A stretch of DNA of 62,591 bases from Bacilli bacterium (GTDB taxonomy: Bacteria; Bacillota_I; Bacilli_A; RF39; UBA660). Location of the stretch: positions 1 to 62,591 of the forward strand of contig CAAGHJ010000053.1 of assembly GCA_900769635.1 (NCBI GenBank). Direction: 5' to 3'. This document shows positions 57,122 to 62,591 of this stretch, one piece after another. The stretch's first letter is position 1. The number at the start of each line of letters is the position of its first letter. The translations under genes and the position numbers were made by a program. Below the pieces are notes generated by a model. The model saw only the letters and a program-made list of their open reading frames with translations. It searched no databases and was not told where the DNA came from.

Positions 57122-57397
57122 TTAGTCAAAACTAATAGTATTACCTTTCGCTAACTTAACGATGGCTTTTTTATACTTATTAGTCATACCTGTATATTTG
57201 CCCACTCTTTTCTTTTTTGGGTGGGAATTTAATGTATTTATTTTTTCTACTTTTACATTAAAGATGCTTTCAATTGCTTTTTTTATTTGTGGTTTTGTTG
57301 CTTTGGCATCTACTTTAAATGCGTATTTTCCTTGTTCTTTCATTTTTTCTGATTTTTCAGTAATTACTGGAGCAAATATTATATCATATTTATTCAC
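57122..57397 (-). CDS. rplW: 50S ribosomal protein L23
   Basis: YDIIFAPVITEKS...KYAFKV. Confidence 0.95.
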   Translation of the reverse strand: MNKYDIIFAPVITEKSEKMKEQGKYAFKVDAKATKPQIKKAIESIFNVKVEKINTLNSHPKKKRVGKYTGMTNKYKKAIVKLAKGNTISFD

Positions 57398-58025
57398 CAG
57401 AAATCACCTCCTCTAATTTTTGTAATGAAGATTCTGTTAATAGCATTTTATCAGCATTTACTACATCATAAGTATTTACTTCTTCTGGAAGTACTACCTT
57501 AATATTTCCAATGTTCCTAGATGCTAAACATATATTTTCATCTAATTCATTAATTACTAATAATATTTTTTCATTTACTAAATCTAGTTTGTTTAGTAAT
57601 AACATCATTTCTTTTGTTTTGTTTGTTTCAAATTTTATATTATCAACAAGAATTAATTCTTTTTCTCTTGCTTTATATGTTAAAGCAGATTTTAGAGCTA
57701 ATCTTCTTTCTTTTCTGTTCATTTTTTTTGTGTAGTTTCTATCTGGAGTTGGACCAAATACTATTCCACCACCACGCCATTGTGGTGCTCTTATTGATCC
57801 TTGACGGGCATTACCAGTACCTTTTTGTCTCCAAGGTTTTCTTCCGCCTCCTGATACTTCACTTCTTGTTTTTACTTTATGTGTTCCTTGTCTTCTTGAT
57901 GCTAGTGTTAAAACTATTGCATCGTGTAATACGTTATTATTGGGTTCTATATTCCAAATGTTATCTTTTAAATTTATTTCCTTTACTTTTTCACCATTTA
58001 GGTTTAGCATATCTAGTTTAGACAT
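57390..58025 (-). CDS. rplD: 50S ribosomal protein L4
   Basis: SGGGRKPWRQKGTGNARQGSIRAPQWRGGG. Confidence 0.95.
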   Translation of the reverse strand: MSKLDMLNLNGEKVKEINLKDNIWNIEPNNNVLHDAIVLTLASRRQGTHKVKTRSEVSGGGRKPWRQKGTGNARQGSIRAPQWRGGGIVFGPTPDRNYTKKMNRKERRLALKSALTYKAREKELILVDNIKFETNKTKEMMLLLNKLDLVNEKILLVINELDENICLASRNIGNIKVVLPEEVNTYDVVNADKMLLTESSLQKLEEVISGE

Positions 58026-58076
58026 AATTCCTCCTTTATTTCATCACAATTTTTATATAGTTTTGTTATATATATA

Positions 58077-58811
58077 TTATTCTGATACTTCTTCAGTAGT
58101 CTCTTGCGATGATATTTCTTCAGTAGTTTCGGCAGTTTTTTGGGGCTCTTCAAATGTTATTAATTCTATTTTTTCGTTTTTTGTTGAACCTTTTTTTACT
58201 GCTGATTTTACTAAAACTAAAGATTTCTTTGGTCCTGGAACATTTCCTTTAATTAAGATAACATTATTTTCCAAATCTATTTGTATTATTTCTAGGTTTT
58301 GAATAGTTACTTTGTCACCACCCATTTGTCCAGGCATCTTTTTTCCTGGTAATACTCTCATTGGTAACATTGTTCCTAGTGACCCTACACCACGATGATA
58401 TTGGCTTCCGTGACCCATTGGTCCACGTGATTGATTGTGTCTTTTAATAACACCTTGAAATCCTTTACCTTTAGAAGTGCCAGTTACATCAACTATTTCT
58501 CCTTCGGTAAATACATCAGCTTTTAATTCTTGTCCTATGCTGTAACTACTTACATCTACACCTCTAATTTCTTTTAAGAAGCGCTTAGGGGTAGAATTAG
58601 ATTTTTTAAAATGACCTTGTTCTGGTTTATTACTAAGTTTTTCTCTCTTATTAACAGAAGCTAATTGAATAGCTTCATATCCATCAGTTTCTTTGGTTTT
58701 TATTTGAGTTACAATATTTGGCTCAATTTCAATAACTGTAACAGGAATTAATTTTCCATCTTTAGCAAAAACTCCAGTCATTCCGATCTTACGACCTAAG
58801 ATTCCTTTCAT
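58077..58811 (-). CDS. rplC: 50S ribosomal protein L3 (with a ~35-aa acidic C-terminal extension)
   Basis: [14 protein letters not shown]; [12 protein letters not shown]; tail ...[24 protein letters not shown]. Confidence 0.95.
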   Translation of the reverse strand: MKGILGRKIGMTGVFAKDGKLIPVTVIEIEPNIVTQIKTKETDGYEAIQLASVNKREKLSNKPEQGHFKKSNSTPKRFLKEIRGVDVSSYSIGQELKADVFTEGEIVDVTGTSKGKGFQGVIKRHNQSRGPMGHGSQYHRGVGSLGTMLPMRVLPGKKMPGQMGGDKVTIQNLEIIQIDLENNVILIKGNVPGPKKSLVLVKSAVKKGSTKNEKIELITFEEPQKTAETTEEISSQETTEEVSE

Positions 58812-58823
58812 TTTATTTTCCTC

Positions 58824-59132
58824 CTATAATTTAATTTGTATATCAACACCACTTGGTAAGTCAAGATGTTGTAATGCATCTATTGTTTCCTTACTTGGAT
58901 TATTGATGTCGATAAGTCTTTTGTGAGTTCTCATTTCGAACTGTTCTCTTGAATCTTTGTACTTATGTACTGCTCTTAAAATAGTATATTTTTGAACGTC
59001 AGTTGGTAATGGAACTGGTCCGCTTACCTCTCCACCCGTTCTCTTAACAGTATCTACTATTTTAGCAGCAGCTTTGTCAAGAATTCTGTGTTCATATGCC
59101 TTTAGCTTGATTCTCACTTTAGTATTTGACAT
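58824..59132 (-). CDS. rpsJ: 30S ribosomal protein S10
   Basis: [20 protein letters not shown]....R.G..VSGP.PLPT. Confidence 0.95.
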   Translation of the reverse strand: MSNTKVRIKLKAYEHRILDKAAAKIVDTVKRTGGEVSGPVPLPTDVQKYTILRAVHKYKDSREQFEMRTHKRLIDINNPSKETIDALQHLDLPSGVDIQIKL

Positions 59133-59249
59133 ATTGATCCTCCCTTCGCCTATATCTAGTATAGACTTGCTCCGAACAAATTACCTGATACTTGCTAACA
59201 ACTTAGCCGGGTGTATCAGCAACTTTGCCCATCTAAGCCAGTCACACAG
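59133..59249 (-). promoter_or_regulatory. structured, relatively GC-rich 5' leader of the S10 operon (candidate autoregulatory leader)
   Basis: Minus sense: CTGATAC...GTATCAG (7 bp), GGCTTAG...CTAAGTT (7 bp with 2 G-U) crossing it, and GTCTATA-ctaga-TATAGGC just before the GGGAGG SD. Confidence 0.4.
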
Positions 59250-59255
59250 TAAATA

Positions 59256-59284
59256 ATTATACTAGAATATTTCTTTAAAAGCAA
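59256..59284 (-). promoter_or_regulatory. sigma-A promoter of the S10 operon
   Basis: Minus sense: TTGCTT, 17 nt, TATAAT. Confidence 0.6.
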
Positions 59285-59339
59285 TAGAAAATTACGAATT
59301 TTTTGTTTTTTTTTGAAATTTTTGTGAATTTTTATTATT

Positions 59340-60092
59340 TTATTCTTTTTTTGTGGACTTTTCTATTAAATTTGAGTTTGTTGTATATCCATTCAAATAC
59401 ATTTGAGGCACTTTACCTTCTATAACTTTCATAGATATTGGTATTACGTTTGAAACTTTTACTGTTTTTGATATGAATGGCAAATTTATTTTTGATGATA
59501 CTTCTACATATACTCCTATTTCTAAAAGTGCATTATTAATGCCATAGTTTGTAACTTTTGTTTCTATATTGCTTATAACATCTCCAATTAAATTTAACTT
59601 AATAGGAATTTTGGGACCGATATTTGACAAAAAAGCATTTGTTGTTATAGTTCCAATCGGAACTTCATATATTATTCCACTGTTTATTATTTTTTTATCG
59701 TAGTTTTCTATAGTATTTTGTGGTAATTCTACTAAATCAACATTTCCTTCTTCTATTGATTTTAAATTTAATTGAATAAGATTAGTTATAGTCGATAACA
59801 TTCTTGTAACATTAACTGAGTTATACGTTACAAGGGTTACCTCACCACTTTGATTTTTTTCTATATTAAAAAGTTCTTCTTGACTTAAAGTTAAGGCCAA
59901 TTGTTTAGTAACAGCATTATTTATGACTAATGTTGTTATCTTTTTTGTTTCAGATTCGGCATAATTCATTAATAGTGGTGTTACTTTATAATTCCAATAT
60001 TTTATTAATAAATAGGACGTCAGAATAGAAAATATAATTATTATCTGCAATAATATTATCTTATTTCTTCTTTTTCTTTTCTTCAGTTTCAT
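59340..60092 (-). CDS. yunB: sporulation protein YunB
   Basis: N-terminal TM; ...VINNAVTKQ...; PIGTITTNAFLSNIGPKIPIKL...NYGINNALLEI..YVEV...IIEGKVPQMYLN is the pattern of the YunB family as I recall it. Confidence 0.65.
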   Translation of the reverse strand: MKLKKRKRRNKIILLQIIIIFSILTSYLLIKYWNYKVTPLLMNYAESETKKITTLVINNAVTKQLALTLSQEELFNIEKNQSGEVTLVTYNSVNVTRMLSTITNLIQLNLKSIEEGNVDLVELPQNTIENYDKKIINSGIIYEVPIGTITTNAFLSNIGPKIPIKLNLIGDVISNIETKVTNYGINNALLEIGVYVEVSSKINLPFISKTVKVSNVIPISMKVIEGKVPQMYLNGYTTNSNLIEKSTKKE

Positions 60093-60135
60093 ATTTTTTC
60101 ACCAATAAATAATATGCAAAAAAAGAAGTTATATT

Positions 60136-60831
60136 TTATAGTATAGTAATCACTTTTTCATATAACTCTTTATTAATATCTTCTATCGTCCTTATATTTT
60201 TTTCATTTGTACATTTTATCATATCATAATTATAAATGTCCGATAACTCCAAATATGCTTTTTCACTTCTTTTTAAATATTCTACATTGCTTTCAACTTC
60301 ATCAGGTAATTCGTCTCTATTTTTCTTCAATTCACATGCTTTTTCATACGGTAAATATAGTAATATTATTTTGTCTGGTCTTGGTAATTCATTTATTGTA
60401 TATTCTAACATATCTATTTTTTTGTATATTTTTTTTCTTTCGTTAGCATTTAATATTAATCCACCTCTATGTGCCATATTAGAAGGAACATATCTATCAA
60501 TTATTAGATTATAGCCCTCATATAGGTATTTATTTATAATTGGAAGATTATATCTTCTATCAGCTGCATAATACATTATTGCTGTTAATGAATCTATATT
60601 TCCTCCTCCTTCTTTAAATAAACTATGATTTTGTGTTAATATTTCTTTACATATTTCTGGTTTTCCCAATAAGCAAGATCCTATTATTTTTCCCGTTGGT
60701 GTTTCATACATTGGAAATGATATTCTTTTTGTTTTTTTGCCACAATCATTTAACTTTTTTTCCAACAATCTAGATTGCGTTTCTTTTCCAGAACAATCGG
60801 TTCCTTCTATTACAATTATTTTTCCTCTCAT
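60136..60831 (-). CDS. tmk: thymidylate kinase-like nucleotide kinase
   Basis: P-loop IIVIEGTDCSGKETQ; DRYVPSNMAH (DRY motif). Confidence 0.65.
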   Translation of the reverse strand: MRGKIIVIEGTDCSGKETQSRLLEKKLNDCGKKTKRISFPMYETPTGKIIGSCLLGKPEICKEILTQNHSLFKEGGGNIDSLTAIMYYAADRRYNLPIINKYLYEGYNLIIDRYVPSNMAHRGGLILNANERKKIYKKIDMLEYTINELPRPDKIILLYLPYEKACELKKNRDELPDEVESNVEYLKRSEKAYLELSDIYNYDMIKCTNEKNIRTIEDINKELYEKVITIL

Positions 60832-60900
60832 TTTTTCTACCTCAATATCAGTATAACATATTTTTTCTTTATTATATTAATTTTTACTTATAGTTTACTT

Positions 60901-61716
60901 TTATCTGTCAAACGCTTTACCCAAAGTGTAGCCTACTAATAGCAATGGTATCCCTATTATTAATTCATGAGTTGTGCTTAACTTAGTTAATGTTTGATAT
61001 GTTAAAGATATGATCGTGCTTATGAAAATTCCTAATATTATATTATATGTTGTATTTTTATAATGGCAAAATAATTTTGATATTAACAGTGACACTATAT
61101 AAATTCCCAATATTAATCCAAATAAAAATGGTAATATAATATTAAATGAATTCATTACTATTTCTAAATTAGTTATATTTGCAAATAAGGATATTATTAT
61201 TTGATATATTCCCATAAGAAGTAGCAAAGCTGTTGAAGAAACTCCCGGTACTACGGTACCTATGGCTTCCAATAATCCTCCACAAAAAAAGGTAATATAA
61301 TCTTTATAATTGTATTTCATAATATATATTTTTTCTCCCGACATAAACATTATTCCTGTAAATAATATGATTGTTACTATTATTATAATATAATTGTTAT
61401 TTTTTATTTCTTTAGTTATATTTTTAACGGTTCCCAATATTAATCCTATAAAAAATATCATTACCAAAAATTCGCTTTTTTTTATTAGCAACGTTAATAT
61501 CTTACTAAATATTATTATTGAAAGTATTATTCCTATCATTAATGAAGATAGTATATATATATTTTCTTTAGCATTTTTATTAAAATGAATTATTGCATTT
61601 AATCCTTTATCATAAACTTTTAATATTATTGCTAAAAATGCACCAGAAATTCCAGGAAGTATTTTACCTATTCCTATGATGAAACCTTTAAGTATTAATA
61701 TTAGATAACGTTTCAT
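60901..61716 (-). CDS. DUF368 family membrane protein (polyprenyl-phosphate transporter family)
   Basis: Two copies of the motif: KILPGISGAFLAIILKVYD and GTVVPGVSSTALLLLMGIYQ; ~8 TM. Confidence 0.7.
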   Translation of the reverse strand: MKRYLILILKGFIIGIGKILPGISGAFLAIILKVYDKGLNAIIHFNKNAKENIYILSSLMIGIILSIIIFSKILTLLIKKSEFLVMIFFIGLILGTVKNITKEIKNNNYIIIIVTIILFTGIMFMSGEKIYIMKYNYKDYITFFCGGLLEAIGTVVPGVSSTALLLLMGIYQIIISLFANITNLEIVMNSFNIILPFLFGLILGIYIVSLLISKLFCHYKNTTYNIILGIFISTIISLTYQTLTKLSTTHELIIGIPLLLVGYTLGKAFDR

Positions 61717-62063
61717 TTAATCACCTAGTATAGAATATTTGTTTTTTTGATTTGTATTCTTTTAAACATAGTTTAATTATTGTTATATTCAAATTTTTTA
61801 ATAATTTATTTATGTAATATTTTATTATATTAATTATTTTGAATTACTCTTATTTAAAATAATTATTTTTAACATATAATTATGCTGTATGTGCATAAGT
61901 TCGGGAACAAAAATATATATTATTTGAAAAATTTATCTTTTATTTTTTGTAAATTATTATTATAATATTTTTATGTTTTGCATTTTTGCTAATTAAAACT
62001 GTCATCACTCGAACCTGAAGGTTGGTTTTTTTGTCAGTTAAATTATAAAACATAAAAAAAAAT

Positions 62064-62168
62064 ATTGGCAACGTCCTATTTTTGCTAATACTATCGTCGG
62101 CGCTGAAGTGCTTAACTTCTGTGTTCGGGATGGGTACAGGTGGGTCCACTTCGCAAATATCACCAATA
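62064..62168 (-). rRNA. rrf: 5S ribosomal RNA (short form)
   Basis: Minus sense: ...GGTGATATTTGCGAAGTGGACCCACCTGTACCCATCCCGAACACAGAAGTTAAGCACTTCAGCGCCGACGATAGT...GGACGTTGCCAA. Ends are approximate. Confidence 0.9.
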
Positions 62169-62235
62169 TATAATTTATATAAAGTTCTCTGAAAACAAGA
62201 TAATGTGTTATTTCATCAAATTAGGTTTAATCTCG

Positions 62236-62591
<356 letters not shown>

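Noticed and set aside
62010-62037. AACC-tgaa-GGTT hairpin followed by T7 on the plus strand as a terminator
   Set aside because: The stem is only 4 bp. The T-run is on the plus strand, where no gene ends. In the sense of the rrn operon the hairpin is preceded, not followed, by the homopolymer. Its function is left unassigned.
61940-62149. 69-aa ORF on the minus strand
   Set aside because: Its 5' half is the 5S rRNA sequence and the rest is AT-rich spacer.

Overview
AT-rich (about 30% GC by eye) Bacillota-type chromosomal segment using the standard code: r-protein lengths are normal and Trp is TGG. About 60 of 70 genes lie on the minus strand. Right two-thirds is core: 3' end of 23S rRNA and a 5S rRNA (62.0-62.6 kb); DUF368, tmk, yunB; the complete S10-spc-alpha cluster (45.0-59.1 kb, no rpmD); rplM-rpsI; hisS, pcrA, truA, parC, scpAB, pdp. 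cwlD and yunB imply a spore-former. Left end (1-11.7 kb) and 34-45 kb look accessory. They hold tandem secreted proteins, one with a glycine-rich PF12810/ALK-GRD-like domain, a frameshifted signal peptide at an A6 tract and a ~70% GC, A-depleted patch in its last ~50 codons (possible DGR variable region or foreign mosaic). They also hold a decayed dinJ-yafQ-like TA relic, an Hpt / REC-HD-GYP / hybrid-kinase phosphorelay, an AAA-DUF4143 plus YhcG nuclease pair with ~140-bp direct repeats, an Abi_2 gene coupled to htrA, and a GS-fold amidoligase-like gene. Window-wide, third-codon composition follows the physical strand (plus strand G+T rich), which conflicts with the orientation of the rRNA and r-protein operons. 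No transposase, integrase, CRISPR array or tRNA was seen. All calls come from reading the translations and sequence by eye; no searches were run.
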